A stretch of 64,000 bases of DNA from Candidatus Acidiferrales bacterium (GCA_050746865.1 JBOGMU010000141.1:3142-67141), one strand, 5' to 3'. Positions 37,579 to 48,927 are shown, numbered from the stretch's first letter. Program-made: numbers and translations. Notes: a model not told the origin generated them from the sequence alone.

Positions 37579-38109
37579 ATGGACGACCGAGTGGGGCAAA
37601 TCGTTTCAACGGAATATCTGATCGAGCTGCGAAAGGAATGGCGGCGGGAGGCGAAGCGCGTCGTGCTCGCCGCGGGTGCGTTTGATTTGCTCCATCCCGG
37701 CCATATTCGTCTACTGGAACAAGCCCGCTCGCTGGGGGATGTGCTCGTGGTTGCCGTTGAAGATGACGCTGCCGTGCGCGCCGCGGCAGAAAAGGAACGC
37801 GCCAAAGATTCCTCACGAACCGTCGCGCTTCGCCCCGTCTTCCCACAGGAAGAACGCGCAGAAATTCTCGCAGCGCTGGCGGCTGTCGATTTTGTGATGG
37901 AACTTCGCGGAATTACGCTGGACGCCTGGGTCGAACGCCTTCAGCCGGATGTCTATGTCCGAGGAGGAGGGGCTTTCGGGGCCAAGCGCACGCAAACAGC
38001 CTCACACGATGAGACAGACGCGCTGAGCACGCGCTTGGTTAGCATTCCGCTTGAGCCCGGATATTCAACCGTGCAGCTGATCGAACGCATCCAACAATCC
38101 AGGCAATGA
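37579..38109 (+). CDS. cytidylyltransferase-fold adenylyltransferase (RfaE domain II-like)
   Basis: AAGAFDLLHPGHIRLLEQARSLGDVLVVAVEDD contains the HxGH motif. The start is uncertain (ATG 37549 or 37579; the listed TTG 37486). Its stop overlaps the mfd start. Confidence 0.75.
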   Translation: MDDRVGQIVSTEYLIELRKEWRREAKRVVLAAGAFDLLHPGHIRLLEQARSLGDVLVVAVEDDAAVRAAAEKERAKDSSRTVALRPVFPQEERAEILAALAAVDFVMELRGITLDAWVERLQPDVYVRGGGAFGAKRTQTASHDETDALSTRLVSIPLEPGYSTVQLIERIQQSRQ

Positions 38110-41100
38110 TCCTTCCCTTAGTTTCCGAGCTTCTTTCGCGCGTAGCACGCTGTCGTGCGGTCGATAACGCCGTGGAGTCCTTGCGTCGCGGCCGTCCGGG
38201 CGGCGGCATCTCGGGCCTCACGGAATCCGCCAAAGCGCTCCTCGCACCCATGATCTGTTCGGAGTTAGGTAGGCCCACGATTTTGCTCGTCGAGTCGCCG
38301 CAACGCGCCGAGGAACTGCTTTCGCCGGTTCGCTGGTTCTATCGCGCGTTGACGAACAAGCCGGGCCGCCGCGTGGCGCATCTGCCCGCATACGACGTGC
38401 TTCCCTATGAAGGCCGTTCGCCGCACGCCGAAATCGCAGAAGAACGCGCCGTTTCGCTGTGGAGATTCGCTTCTGGAGAAATCGATCTCCTGATTGCGCC
38501 GATTCAAACCGCACTCTGGCGGCTCAAATCTCGCGAATACTATCGGCACCTCGCGCTTGCTATCGCTCGCGATCAATCCATTCCCTATGAAGACATGACG
38601 AACTTTCTCGCAGGCGCGGGTTACGAACGCAAGACCACCTGCGAGATGCCGGGACAATATGCCGTGCGCGGCGGAATCATTGACGTTTTTTCGCCGGAAG
38701 CGCCGCAGCCGATTCGCGTCGAGTTGCTGGGCGATACGATCGAATCCATTCGCGCTTTTGACGCGAATACGCAGCGATCCACGAATCCGACCGAGCGCGC
38801 CACGCTGCTGCCGCTTTCGGAATTTGTGCTCGGCGCTGAAGTGCTCGAGCGTCAGCGCGTCGCCGCCGGTTCATCGGACGGCTCCGGCCGCGAGGATGAA
38901 GGTCTGCCGGCCGGCTACTATCCTGGTTGGGAATTTCGCGCCATGGCGCGCGAGCAGCGCAATGGCGTGCTGCTCGATCTCGCACCCGAAACCGTCGTCA
39001 TTGGAGACGAACCTCCCCTGCTCGAAGAGGCCATTGAGAAATATCGCCGCGAGCTTGCGGAGGGCTTCGACGAAGCCGAAGATGCGATCGCGGAGCCGCC
39101 GAACCGGTACATCCTCGACGAAGAAGAGTGGCAACTCGCACGGCAAATGGTTCCGCGGCTCGGGATCGAACATCTTGGTCTGGGGCACGATTCCGAATCG
39201 CAGCGCGCTCTACAAACGCAGCCGACGACAAAGCATCACGGCAACGTACAGGCATTCATCGCGGAAATTCGTAATCGCATGAGTGCCGGTGAGCAGGTCG
39301 TCGCGTCAGCTGGCAGCACCGGCGAACTCGAGCGCTTTGCCGATATCTGCCACGAATATGAAGTGCCGTATCGCGTCGGCGAACTCGAAGCGAACACCAC
39401 GGTGACGCGCCTGGCCGAAGAAGGAACGTCAAGCGGCATCGGCACTCCTGCGCTCGTGCTGACGAAAGCGCCACTGGCGCAAGGCGTCGCGTTCATCGAT
39501 GCAAAGCTCGCGCTCTACGGTAACGCCGATCTCTTCGAGACTGTTCCCCAGCCGCAGCGCCCGCGTTCTCGCCCTAAAACCGCGAGCTTCTTTAGCGATT
39601 TCTCGGATCTAAAGCCGGGTGATTACGTCGTTCACGCCGATCACGGGATCGGCCAATTTGAAGGCCTTCGTCAAATCACGAACGAGGCTGCTACCGGCGA
39701 ATTCATGCTGCTTCGCTACGCGGAAGACGCCAAAGTCTACGTTCCGCTCGCGCGGCTCGATCTGATTCAGAAATACCAATCGCTGGGCGGCGCTCCGCCA
39801 GCGCTGGATAAGCTCGGCACCACGGTCTGGGAAGCCCGCAAATCGCGCGTACGCAAATCGGTGGACGATATGGCCGACAAGCTTCTCGAGTTGTACGCCG
39901 AGCGAAAAGCGTCAACCGGACACGCCTTTTCGCCCGATTCTAATTTCCAGCGCGAATTTGAGGACGCATTCGATTTCGAAGAGACTCCAGATCAACTGCG
40001 CGCCATCGCAGAAGTAAAGCGCGACATGGAATCCTCGCTACCGATGGATCGCTTGATTTGCGGTGACGTCGGCTACGGAAAAACCGAAGTCGCCATGCGC
40101 GCGGCATTCAAGGCTGTCGCAGATTCGAAGCAGGTTGCCGTCCTGGGCCCAACCACGGTGCTGGCTTTCCAGCATTTCGAGACATTCCAGCGGCGCTTTG
40201 CGGCTTTTCCTGTGCGCATCGAAATGCTCAGCCGCTTCCGCTCCGAAAAAGAGCAGAAAAAGATAATTGAGGACCTCGATGCGGGAAAAGTCGACATTGT
40301 GATCGGCACGCACCGGATTCTCTCAAAAGACGTGAAATTCGCCGATCTTGGCCTGCTAATTGTTGATGAGGAACAGCGGTTCGGCGTCGCTCACAAGGAG
40401 CGTATCAAGGAGCTTCGCAAGAACGTGGACGTGCTGACGATGTCCGCCACGCCGATCCCGCGCACGCTGCACATGTCGCTCGTTGGCCTGCGCGATATGA
40501 GCCTGATCGAGACACCACCGAAGGACCGCCTCGCGATCCAAACGAACGTTGCGCCATTTGGCGAAACTCTCGTCCAGCGCGCGATCAATGAAGAACTCAG
40601 CCGCGGCGGGCAGGTCTTTTTCGTACACAATCGCGTGGAATCGATAGGCGCAATCGCCACGATGGTGCAAAAGCTGGTGCCAAAAGCCCGCGTCGTGGTC
40701 GGCCACGGCAAAATGAAAGAGATTGAGCTGGAAAAAGTGATGATGAAGTTCGTGCGCGACGAAGCCGATGTGCTTGTCTCCACGACGATCGTCGAAAACG
40801 GCCTGGACATCCCGCGCGCGAATACTATCCTGATCAATCGCGCCGACCGCATGGGTCTTTCTGAGCTGTACCAGCTTCGCGGTCGCGTGGGCCGTTCAAA
40901 TCAGCGCGCCTACGCGTATTTGCTCGTGCCGCAGGGCGTTACGCTCACCGGAATCGCGCGCCAGCGCCTCGCAGCACTGAAAGAATTCAGCGATCTCGGC
41001 GCGGGTTTTCGAATTGCGGCGCTCGATCTCGAATTACGCGGAGCCGGCAATTTGCTCGGCCGCGAACAGCACGGCTACATCGAGTCGGTCGGCTTCGATA

Positions 41101-41594
41101 TGTATTGCCAGATGATGGAGCGCGCCGTCGCCAAAAAGAAGGGCGAAAAGGTGAGCGACGAACGGCGAGCCACGCTCAATCTGGGCCAGGAAGTCCGCAT
41201 TCCGCCAGAATACATCGAAAACGAAAATCTGCGTCTTCGCATCTATAAACGTATCGCCGGGGTCACGTCCGAAGCGGAACGCGACGACGTTCGCCGCGAT
41301 CTGGAAGACCGCTTTGGGCCGCCTCCGCCGGCGGTCAATAACCTGCTCGACTATGGGCTGCTTAAGGGGTTGGCCGAGAAGCTGCTCGTCGCGTCAATCG
41401 ACCGGCGCGGCGACCAGGTGGCGTTGAAGTTTTATGACGATACACCGCTCGGCCCCGAATCCATGGTCGAACTGATTCGCAAGCGCCGCGATCTGCGCCT
41501 CGATCCGACGGGCATCCTTTGGATGAAATACAAGGGTTCTGACGGCGGCGCGATGGGTGCCGTCAGGAATGTTCTGCTGCAATTGCAATCGTAA
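38106..41594 (+). CDS. mfd: transcription-repair coupling factor
   Basis: 1162 aa with superfamily 2 helicase motifs ([35 protein letters not shown]) and an RNAP-interacting domain ([13 protein letters not shown]). Confidence 0.95.
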   Translation: MILPLVSELLSRVARCRAVDNAVESLRRGRPGGGISGLTESAKALLAPMICSELGRPTILLVESPQRAEELLSPVRWFYRALTNKPGRRVAHLPAYDVLPYEGRSPHAEIAEERAVSLWRFASGEIDLLIAPIQTALWRLKSREYYRHLALAIARDQSIPYEDMTNFLAGAGYERKTTCEMPGQYAVRGGIIDVFSPEAPQPIRVELLGDTIESIRAFDANTQRSTNPTERATLLPLSEFVLGAEVLERQRVAAGSSDGSGREDEGLPAGYYPGWEFRAMAREQRNGVLLDLAPETVVIGDEPPLLEEAIEKYRRELAEGFDEAEDAIAEPPNRYILDEEEWQLARQMVPRLGIEHLGLGHDSESQRALQTQPTTKHHGNVQAFIAEIRNRMSAGEQVVASAGSTGELERFADICHEYEVPYRVGELEANTTVTRLAEEGTSSGIGTPALVLTKAPLAQGVAFIDAKLALYGNADLFETVPQPQRPRSRPKTASFFSDFSDLKPGDYVVHADHGIGQFEGLRQITNEAATGEFMLLRYAEDAKVYVPLARLDLIQKYQSLGGAPPALDKLGTTVWEARKSRVRKSVDDMADKLLELYAERKASTGHAFSPDSNFQREFEDAFDFEETPDQLRAIAEVKRDMESSLPMDRLICGDVGYGKTEVAMRAAFKAVADSKQVAVLGPTTVLAFQHFETFQRRFAAFPVRIEMLSRFRSEKEQKKIIEDLDAGKVDIVIGTHRILSKDVKFADLGLLIVDEEQRFGVAHKERIKELRKNVDVLTMSATPIPRTLHMSLVGLRDMSLIETPPKDRLAIQTNVAPFGETLVQRAINEELSRGGQVFFVHNRVESIGAIATMVQKLVPKARVVVGHGKMKEIELEKVMMKFVRDEADVLVSTTIVENGLDIPRANTILINRADRMGLSELYQLRGRVGRSNQRAYAYLLVPQGVTLTGIARQRLAALKEFSDLGAGFRIAALDLELRGAGNLLGREQHGYIESVGFDMYCQMMERAVAKKKGEKVSDERRATLNLGQEVRIPPEYIENENLRLRIYKRIAGVTSEAERDDVRRDLEDRFGPPPPAVNNLLDYGLLKGLAEKLLVASIDRRGDQVALKFYDDTPLGPESMVELIRKRRDLRLDPTGILWMKYKGSDGGAMGAVRNVLLQLQS

Positions 41595-41679
41595 GGACTG
41601 TGCCCCATTTGTCAGTGGGTTTTCGGGCGCGCTTGCTACTTCTGAGAAATCGGGGTTAAGATTCGTGAGAGTGAAAGCC

Positions 41680-42813
41680 ATGAAAATTGGAAAAGTTATT
41701 CGCGCCGTCGGTACGGCTATTGTGTGTACCGGCGTCTTGTCGGTCTGCCCGGCGCCTTTGGCGGCCCAGACTACCAACGCGAAAAGCACGGTGATCGAAG
41801 AAATCATCGCCCGCGTGAACAACGAAATCATCACGCTTTCGGATTACAACAAAGCGATGAAGGCCGTCCCGCAAGAAGCACAACAGGACTGCGCCTGCAA
41901 CGGCGCGCAATTGCAAACCGCTATTGCCGAGTCCCAAAAAAATGTGCTGCGCGGCATGATCGACCAGCAATTACTGGTTCAGCGCGCCAAGGATATGAAT
42001 ATCGACGTCACCACCGACGTCGTGAACCGGCTCGACGGAATTCGCAAACAGAATAACCTTGCCACAATCGACGATCTGCAAAAGGCTGTCGAGCAGGAAG
42101 GCGAGTCCTGGGACGACTTCAAGCAACAGATCACGAATAACGCGCTCACGCAGGAAGTGATTCGCCAGGAAGTCGGGCAGCAGGTAAACATCGGCCCGGA
42201 GGACGTGGAGGCCTACTATAACGCGCATAAGTCTGAATTCAATCGCCCCGAGGAAGTGGTTCTCTCTCAAATTCTCTTGAGCACGGATGGCAAGTCGGGG
42301 GCGGACATCGATGCGGTGAAAAAGCGCGCCGAAGATCTGCGCCAGCGCGCACTTAACGGCGAAGATTTCGCCACTTTGGCAAAACGCTATTCCGAAGACA
42401 CGGGCACTGCCGCGAGCGGCGGCCAGTTGGGCGTCTATCAAAAGGATGGTTCGCTGTCGAAGCCCATCGAGGATGCCGTCTTCACATTGCAGAAGGGCCA
42501 AGTCACCGAACCCATTCAGGTTAAGAGCGGTTTCATCATCCTCCATGTCGACCAACACTACGCGGCCGGCCAGCAGGCGCTTGAGGTGGTTCGCGACGAA
42601 ATCCAAAACAAGCTCTACGAGCAGCAGATGGATCCCGCCATGCGCAAATACCTGGCGCAATTGCGGGAAGAAAGTTACGTTTGGGTGAAGCCTGGGTATA
42701 CGGACACGGCGGCAATCCCCGGCGCTACCGTGATCCAGGAAGTTGCGCCCACACCTGACATTCCAAACAAAAAATCGAAAAAGAAACTCCCCTTACCCAA
42801 GGTCGGCGGCTGA
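41680..42813 (+). CDS. SurA-like periplasmic chaperone / PpiC-type peptidyl-prolyl isomerase
   Basis: A signal peptide from ATG 41680, a SurA N-terminal-like region and a parvulin domain (GGQLGVYQKDGSL...GFIILHV). Confidence 0.85.
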   Translation: MKIGKVIRAVGTAIVCTGVLSVCPAPLAAQTTNAKSTVIEEIIARVNNEIITLSDYNKAMKAVPQEAQQDCACNGAQLQTAIAESQKNVLRGMIDQQLLVQRAKDMNIDVTTDVVNRLDGIRKQNNLATIDDLQKAVEQEGESWDDFKQQITNNALTQEVIRQEVGQQVNIGPEDVEAYYNAHKSEFNRPEEVVLSQILLSTDGKSGADIDAVKKRAEDLRQRALNGEDFATLAKRYSEDTGTAASGGQLGVYQKDGSLSKPIEDAVFTLQKGQVTEPIQVKSGFIILHVDQHYAAGQQALEVVRDEIQNKLYEQQMDPAMRKYLAQLREESYVWVKPGYTDTAAIPGATVIQEVAPTPDIPNKKSKKKLPLPKVGG

Positions 42814-43853
42814 TGAAAACCGGATTTGTGCGTGATCTCGCCGATGGGCAAGCGGTGGTTTCGCTCTTTCTGGTACACGAAAAGGAGGTTCGCACGTCGC
42901 CGCGCACCGGCAAATCATGGCTCCAACTTTCCCTCGGCGACCGCACGGGCACCATCTCCGCGAAAATGTGGGACAACTTCGACGCGCTCGTTGCCACGTT
43001 CGAGTGTGACGACGTCATCCACATCCGCGGGCGCGTTAAGACGTATAACGGCGAAAAAGAGCTCACGATCGAACAGATCGTTCCCGCACGCGAGCACGAT
43101 TACGAGATGGGAGATTTTCTCCCGCACACGAAGTACGACGTCGAAAAGCTCTATGCCGATCTGCGCGCTGCGGTCGCTTCGGTCAAAAATCCCTGGCTGC
43201 AGAAATTATTGGTGGGCATTATTGACGATCCCGAGATTGCGCCGCGCCTGAAACGCGCGCCTGCGGCGATGTCCATGCACCATGCGTTTATCGGCGGACT
43301 GCTCGAACACGTGGTCAGCCTGCTCGGTCTCGCAAATGGACTGTGTTCGCATTACACCGAGCTTGACCGCGACCTTGTCATCACCGGTGTGATCCTTCAC
43401 GATATCGGCAAAACCGAGGAGCTTCGCTACGCGCGCCGCTTTGACTACTCCACCGAAGGTCGCTTGCTCGGGCATATCACCATCGGCACGCAGATTGTTC
43501 GCAAAAAAATCGATGCAATCGCGGGCTTCCCCAGGCCACTCGCCGTGCTCGTGGAACACATGATTCTCAGCCACCACGGTTCGCTCGAATTCGCTTCGCC
43601 CGTGGTGCCGCAAACGCGCGAGGCGCTCGCTCTGCATTTTCTTGACGATCTCGATTCGAAAATGGCCGCCGCCCGCGCCACGATTGAAGCGGCGGAATCG
43701 ACTGGCACCGTGTGGACAGACAGGAATCCCGCGCTGCGTCGCGCGCTCGCGCGCACCGAACAATATCTGGCCGGCGCACCCGAGCAGAAACCCGAGCGTC
43801 AGCCCAATGGTAATGCCGCCGTGAAGATCGAAGTCACTGTGAAGAACGCATGA
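42813..43853 (+). CDS. OB-fold + HD-domain protein (YhaM-like 3'-5' exoribonuclease family)
   Basis: An N-terminal OB fold (WLQLSLGDRTGTISAKMWD...IRGRVKTYNG) and an HD domain (HHAFIGGLLEH...ILHDIGK). Its start overlaps the upstream stop (TGATG). Confidence 0.85.
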   Translation: MKTGFVRDLADGQAVVSLFLVHEKEVRTSPRTGKSWLQLSLGDRTGTISAKMWDNFDALVATFECDDVIHIRGRVKTYNGEKELTIEQIVPAREHDYEMGDFLPHTKYDVEKLYADLRAAVASVKNPWLQKLLVGIIDDPEIAPRLKRAPAAMSMHHAFIGGLLEHVVSLLGLANGLCSHYTELDRDLVITGVILHDIGKTEELRYARRFDYSTEGRLLGHITIGTQIVRKKIDAIAGFPRPLAVLVEHMILSHHGSLEFASPVVPQTREALALHFLDDLDSKMAAARATIEAAESTGTVWTDRNPALRRALARTEQYLAGAPEQKPERQPNGNAAVKIEVTVKNA

Positions 43854-44206
43854 GCGATGCGCCCCTTCGCCGGGCCGTCCTCGACCTCGCCCCGCTCGAG
43901 CTCGATTGCATGAACACGCTTTGGCCCATGGGCGAAGGCACCGTGCGCGAAATCCGCGAACGCCTGGCCGAGCGCCGCCCGCGCGCTTACACTACAATCA
44001 TGACGATCATGGACCGTCTCGCCCGTAAGGGGATTGTCGAGCGCCGCAAGTCCGGCCGCGCCTATATCTATCGCGCAAATCTCAGCGCCGAAGACGCGCG
44101 TGCGCAGGCTCTAAGCCAAGTCGTAGAAAATTTCTTCGGCGGGTCCAAAGAAGCCGTAAAAGCCCAACTCGAAGGTCACGCCCTTCGCACGAACAACTCA
44201 TCCTGA
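43850..44206 (+). CDS. BlaI/MecI/CopY-family transcriptional repressor
   Basis: LELDCMNTLWPMGEGTVREI...YTTIMTIMDRLARKGIVERRKSGRAYIYRA is a winged helix of this family. It has an ATGA overlap with the upstream gene. Confidence 0.85.
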   Translation: MSDAPLRRAVLDLAPLELDCMNTLWPMGEGTVREIRERLAERRPRAYTTIMTIMDRLARKGIVERRKSGRAYIYRANLSAEDARAQALSQVVENFFGGSKEAVKAQLEGHALRTNNSS

Positions 44207-44296
44207 GAGACGCGAAGCGGCCTGAAGGATCTCTCCCGCTTTCTTGCGTTGCAGGCTGCACTTCGTCTCTTCCCGCAAGTGCGCTAAAATTTCAAA

Positions 44297-45286
44297 ATGT
44301 TCCCTCCAGAACTTAAAATCCGTGACATCCCCATCCGTCCGGCGACGATCCTTGCTCCGATGGCTGGCGTCACAGACACGGTCTTCCGTCGCGTGATTCG
44401 CGGTTTGGGCGCCTGCGGCCTCATCATGACCGAGTTCACCAGCGCAGAAGGCTTAACGCGCCAATCCGCGCGAACACTCCACTATCTTTATTTCGACCAG
44501 GACGAGCACCCAATTGCCGCGCAAATTTTTGGCGCCGATCCGGCCGTGATGGCATCTGCGGCAGCCCTCACCGAAGCACTTGGCTTCGACCAGGTCGATA
44601 TTAATCTCGGTTGTCCAGTGAAAAAAGTCGTGAAATGCGGCGGCTCAGGTTTGCTGCGCGACTTGCCCAAACTCGATACTCTGCTCGGAACAATTCGCGA
44701 GGCGGTAAGAATTCCGCTTACTATTAAAATTCGCTCCGGTTGGGATGAAAACAACATTGTCGCCGTGGATGTGGCGCGCATGGCCGAACGCATCGGCATT
44801 GAAGCCATCGCTGTACACCCGCGCACCCGCATGCAGGGTTACGCAGGGAACGCCGATTGGAATGTGATTCGCGACGTGAAGCAGTCCGTGCGGATTCCCG
44901 TGATCGGCAATGGCGATATTCGCACGCCACAAGACGCCGTTCGCATGATCGCTGAAACTGGATGCGACGCCGTAATGATCGGCCGTGCCGCGTCCTCAAA
45001 TCCGTGGATTTTTAGCCAGATCGCCGATTACGTCGCTAGCGGCCAATACATCCAGCCAAGCGAGCAAGACCGTTACAAGCTCCTTGTCGAATATTTCCAG
45101 AGCCTTATCGCGGCCGAAATGCCGGACGCCATAGGCAAAATGAAGCAGTTTGCCACTCTGTTCACACACGGCATCCGAAACGGCGGCGAACTACGCCATG
45201 CCGTCCATCACGCGTCCACGACTACGGAGATTCTCGCGCGCGTCGATGCGTTCTTCACGTCGGCTTCCACTTCGCCCGCAGGCTGA
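44297..45286 (+). CDS. dusB: tRNA dihydrouridine synthase
   Basis: LAPMAGVTD, DINLGCP and VHPRT motifs; 329 aa. Confidence 0.9.
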   Translation: MFPPELKIRDIPIRPATILAPMAGVTDTVFRRVIRGLGACGLIMTEFTSAEGLTRQSARTLHYLYFDQDEHPIAAQIFGADPAVMASAAALTEALGFDQVDINLGCPVKKVVKCGGSGLLRDLPKLDTLLGTIREAVRIPLTIKIRSGWDENNIVAVDVARMAERIGIEAIAVHPRTRMQGYAGNADWNVIRDVKQSVRIPVIGNGDIRTPQDAVRMIAETGCDAVMIGRAASSNPWIFSQIADYVASGQYIQPSEQDRYKLLVEYFQSLIAAEMPDAIGKMKQFATLFTHGIRNGGELRHAVHHASTTTEILARVDAFFTSASTSPAG

Positions 45287-45296
45287 TTGTTTATGG

Positions 45297-45881
45297 CTAC
45301 GCGGCTCGTTTGCGCCGCGAGCCACGGCGTCGGGAACGCGACCCGCGTTCTTCCTGTTCACCACCTTCGGATTCCTCCTGCTCGGACATCATCTTTTCCG
45401 GCTTCACTTTCTTGTGGAACATTTCCATCTTTCGCAACGCGGCCTTTTCTTCCTTCAGATTCTGATTCAGAAGTTGAACCACTTTTCTGTGGTTCATATC
45501 GCGAGCCATATCGATCAGCGAAGTATACGAACAGATTTCGTATGTTTCCGCCTTTATGCCCGCGCCAACGTTGAACACGTCAATCAGGTCTTCCGACGGA
45601 TTTTCCTCGATGAACGATTTCTTCTCCTCGGCAAGCCCGCGCACGCCGTGGCATTCAGCCGTCTCAGGCTCTTCGTCCAGGAGTTCAAAACACTGCTCAA
45701 GCCGTTTCACGTGGCCTTCGGTTTCCTTGCCGTGCTGCCGAAAAGCCTTTTCTAATTCTGGCCGCGAAGAATCGTTTGCGTTCTCTTCCAAAACGTTCAC
45801 CAACTGCTGTTCGGCATCCAACATGTCTTTCAATTCGTACAGAAAAAGCTCGTGCCCCGTTTCCATGGTTGTCCCTTTCAT
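45297..45881 (-). CDS. ferritin-like DUF892 (YciE/YciF-like) stress protein with charged tail
   Basis: The N-terminus ELFLYELKDMLDAEQQLVNVLEE is typical of the DUF892 family. Confidence 0.8.
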   Translation of the reverse strand: MKGTTMETGHELFLYELKDMLDAEQQLVNVLEENANDSSRPELEKAFRQHGKETEGHVKRLEQCFELLDEEPETAECHGVRGLAEEKKSFIEENPSEDLIDVFNVGAGIKAETYEICSYTSLIDMARDMNHRKVVQLLNQNLKEEKAALRKMEMFHKKVKPEKMMSEQEESEGGEQEERGSRSRRRGSRRKRAA

Positions 45882-46044
45882 GCCGGCCAGGTAGCCGCGT
45901 TTCGCTCACGCATGCACACATTCAATCGTGGCGCGCGCCCGCGCTCAATCGTGGGTACGTTGTACTTTGGTTCGGAAATGCGGGTAGTGAGGCTTTGCTA
46001 GTGCGAGACGCCAAACTTGCGCCTGCCTAAGACTGAAGTGCCGG

Positions 46045-46932
46045 TTAGACGAGCGCCTTGACCTCGACTCGCCGGTACCAAATCTCTGCAAACTCGATTT
46101 CGATGGCAATTTTTCCCCGAGTCAGTGGAATATATGAGGCCGGGTTCTGCGGGTCCGGTTGTTGCAAATTTGTTACGACGTTCACCGTTCTTCCGTTCAC
46201 AATGTGCTCGGCCTTATCTCCCTGCCAAATCACTTCCACCGTGTTCCATTGATCGAGCAGCTCGAAATCCCCATCTTTGATCAAGCGGCCCCCGGTGGGC
46301 TCAGGCGGCGATTGAGTTCCCGCGGCACCTCGACCGCCGATGCGTCCTGGTCCACCCGAACTCTGTGCCTGCGGCCACCCCGTCACCGGATTGATGCCCA
46401 CCCCAAATAGGCCAGCCCCGTGCCCCGCCTGAATCCCGCGAACACCGCCTACCAGGAAAAAATCCCCCACGTCGCCTTCTTCGATCTGGCATTCAACGCA
46501 GGTGGGCCACACTTTATCCTCGCCGACGACGCCATAGAGCAAACCGTTATCGCGCTTCGGCGTATATCGCGGCGCGTGGCGCTTCATTCCCCATTTGTAT
46601 TCCACGCGGATATGGACGTTCTCGAACTCCTGATTCGTCGCCAAATAGCCTGACTCGACGGGATCGTCGCTCTCATCGTTCCCGAGAATGTGCAGCATCT
46701 GCTCTTCCATCGATACGATCTTCTGCTTTTCCGCCACGCCCTTGCCGGACTTCTGCAGCATCGTGTACCAACCGCTTAGGTCGTGCCCGTTGATCAACGA
46801 AACCCAGCCGTCCGCGCCGGGCGCCGGCAATGCCGGTGGTGCGCCCGATGTCTGTGCGAAGCTTTGGTAAGGCATCAGTGCAGAAACAACAACCAACGGT
46901 GCGCTGGCTTTCAAGAAGTCGCGGCGACGCAT
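46045..46932 (-). CDS. Tat-signal DUF1080 (3-keto-disaccharide hydrolase-like) protein
   Basis: MRRRDFLKASAP twin-arginine signal. GWVSLINGHDLSGWY and the C-terminal IAIEIEFAEIWYRRVEVK pattern are typical of DUF1080. Confidence 0.85.
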   Translation of the reverse strand: MRRRDFLKASAPLVVVSALMPYQSFAQTSGAPPALPAPGADGWVSLINGHDLSGWYTMLQKSGKGVAEKQKIVSMEEQMLHILGNDESDDPVESGYLATNQEFENVHIRVEYKWGMKRHAPRYTPKRDNGLLYGVVGEDKVWPTCVECQIEEGDVGDFFLVGGVRGIQAGHGAGLFGVGINPVTGWPQAQSSGGPGRIGGRGAAGTQSPPEPTGGRLIKDGDFELLDQWNTVEVIWQGDKAEHIVNGRTVNVVTNLQQPDPQNPASYIPLTRGKIAIEIEFAEIWYRRVEVKALV

Positions 46933-47043
46933 ACATCCTCCGGATAAATAGCGGCGCTAGATTGTGCTCTGAAATCGCGCGAAATCTACCACACGACAAC
47001 GGGCTGAGCAACACAACACCATCTATTTAGATTCGCGATAGTT

Positions 47044-48927
47044 TCATTGCGGTCCGCCTCCGCTCATCACCGGCAGGATCAGCGCGGAAGGATGCGAAGC
47101 ATCGTGGTAAACGCGGTTCGTAGCTTTCTCAGTTTGCGCCCCCGTTTCGGGACTTTCTTTCGTATTAAGATTGCGGTCGAAGCGCGGGAAATTGCTGCCG
47201 GCGATATCCAGCTGCAATCTGTGTCCTGCCAGGAACACATTGCTCGTCGCCCACAAATCGACATCAATCTTGTAGATCTCGCCCGCCTCGACGAATTCGG
47301 CTTTATCGAGCGAATTGCGGTATCGCATGCGCACGATCCCATCGGCAATATTGTGCGAGACGCCGTCCGGAGCCACATCCGTAAGCATCGCGACGAAATC
47401 CGTGTCCGGCGCCGACGAACTTACGTAAAGTTCTGCATGGACCGGCCCAGTCACATTAAGATCATGCGCAAGAGGCGGCGTGGAATAGACAAGCACGTCC
47501 GAACGCGCCTCATCGGACGCTTGATCCTGAACGCCCACAGAGAGATGACGAGCGTCACAGCATAGCTGGCCGCCAAGCGTGGGAACCGGATTCATCGGAT
47601 TCTCCACGAATTGATCCGCAGCGCTCTCTGGAGACGATTCCGCACTCGTGCTCAGCGCACCATCGCCCTTCGACGAATTCGTTTTGCCGCTCGATCCCAG
47701 GTAATAGCGCGTTTCTTGCGCGCCTGCTGGAGGCCACGAATCCGCATCCGCCCACACATTCTTACCCATCACGAAATACCGCACCGGCTTTTCTTCTGCG
47801 ATGCCGTTCGACTCTCCGCGCAGGATCGAGTCGTACCAATCCATCATCACGCCGTAGTAATCCACGTAGCCGCTCGGCGCAAAATTCACCGAGCCGACGT
47901 TGCCGCCCCAACCCGCGTGGCCGCCGGGAACAATCAGCAATCGCTGTGCATTGCGCGCAGCCCCACTGCCGCCGTGTTCGCGAATGCCGGAATAATTTGC
48001 GAGCGTTCCATACAGAAAAAGATCGTACCAGCCGCCCATCTGATAAACAGGCACCGTGATCCGCGAATAATCTGCGTCAATTGCCCACTGGCGCCAGTAA
48101 GCGTCATAACTCGAGTGGCTGATCCAATCGAGATACCACGCGTCGATTGCAGCCAATCCGGCATGGCCCTCATGCGCGGGAACCGCGAGAGAAGTGTAAT
48201 CGCCGAGCGGCAGCGTGTTGATGAACTGCATCGGATTCGTGGCGCTCGCAATCTGATGGTCGATCTGATCGGCCGCAAGCTGCGTCGCCCACGATTCGGC
48301 GAAATACTGTTGCAGCGCGCCGTTTTGGTATGCCCAATCCTTGTAATAATTCGACGCCGTGCACATCGGAAAAATGCCCGCCAGATGCGGCGGATTCGCA
48401 AGCGCCGCCAGAAATTGCGTCGCACCATCGTACGAGCCGCCCCACATTCCCACTTTGCCGTCAGATTTGGGAAGTTTCGCCGCCCACTCGACGCTGTCGT
48501 AGCCGTCGTTAATTTCATATTTGAACGGGTACCACTCGCCCGGCGATGCGAACCGCCCGCGCACGTCCATGTTCACCATAATAAATCCGCGTTGCGTTCC
48601 GCGAAGCGCGACGTCCATATTTTCGCCGCCGTCCTTGTTGTACGGAGTCCGCGTCATGAGCACCGGAAACGTTCCGTCAGCGTCCGGCCAGTACACATCC
48701 GCACGCAGCGAGACGCCATCGCGCATCGGCACCGCTACGTTATGTCGCACGGTCACGTTGTAATGAGGAATGTTCGGATGCGTGGCGTAGGGCGCGCTTG
48801 ATGGATCGGGCGGGTAAGGTGAAGTCGCCGTCAGGGGGCCTCGCCCGCCGCGCTGTGCCGTTAACCGCGGCACAATCATGGCGCCAAGTACAATCGCCGG
48901 CACCAGCCACATCACAAATCGTCGCAT
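47044..48927 (-). CDS. CocE/NonD-family hydrolase (S15 X-Pro dipeptidyl-peptidase-like)
   Basis: VLMTRTPYNK, a GxSYxG-type nucleophile region (GMWGGSYDG) and a C-terminal jelly-roll region. The signal peptide runs from ATG 48927. Confidence 0.85.
   Translation of the reverse strand: MRRFVMWLVPAIVLGAMIVPRLTAQRGGRGPLTATSPYPPDPSSAPYATHPNIPHYNVTVRHNVAVPMRDGVSLRADVYWPDADGTFPVLMTRTPYNKDGGENMDVALRGTQRGFIMVNMDVRGRFASPGEWYPFKYEINDGYDSVEWAAKLPKSDGKVGMWGGSYDGATQFLAALANPPHLAGIFPMCTASNYYKDWAYQNGALQQYFAESWATQLAADQIDHQIASATNPMQFINTLPLGDYTSLAVPAHEGHAGLAAIDAWYLDWISHSSYDAYWRQWAIDADYSRITVPVYQMGGWYDLFLYGTLANYSGIREHGGSGAARNAQRLLIVPGGHAGWGGNVGSVNFAPSGYVDYYGVMMDWYDSILRGESNGIAEEKPVRYFVMGKNVWADADSWPPAGAQETRYYLGSSGKTNSSKGDGALSTSAESSPESAADQFVENPMNPVPTLGGQLCCDARHLSVGVQDQASDEARSDVLVYSTPPLAHDLNVTGPVHAELYVSSSAPDTDFVAMLTDVAPDGVSHNIADGIVRMRYRNSLDKAEFVEAGEIYKIDVDLWATSNVFLAGHRLQLDIAGSNFPRFDRNLNTKESPETGAQTEKATNRVYHDASHPSALILPVMSGGGPQ

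Noticed and set aside
47611-48801. 396-aa ORF on the plus strand
   Set aside because: It is antisense to the CocE/NonD hydrolase gene. Its Arg-rich, low-complexity translation marks it as a shadow ORF.
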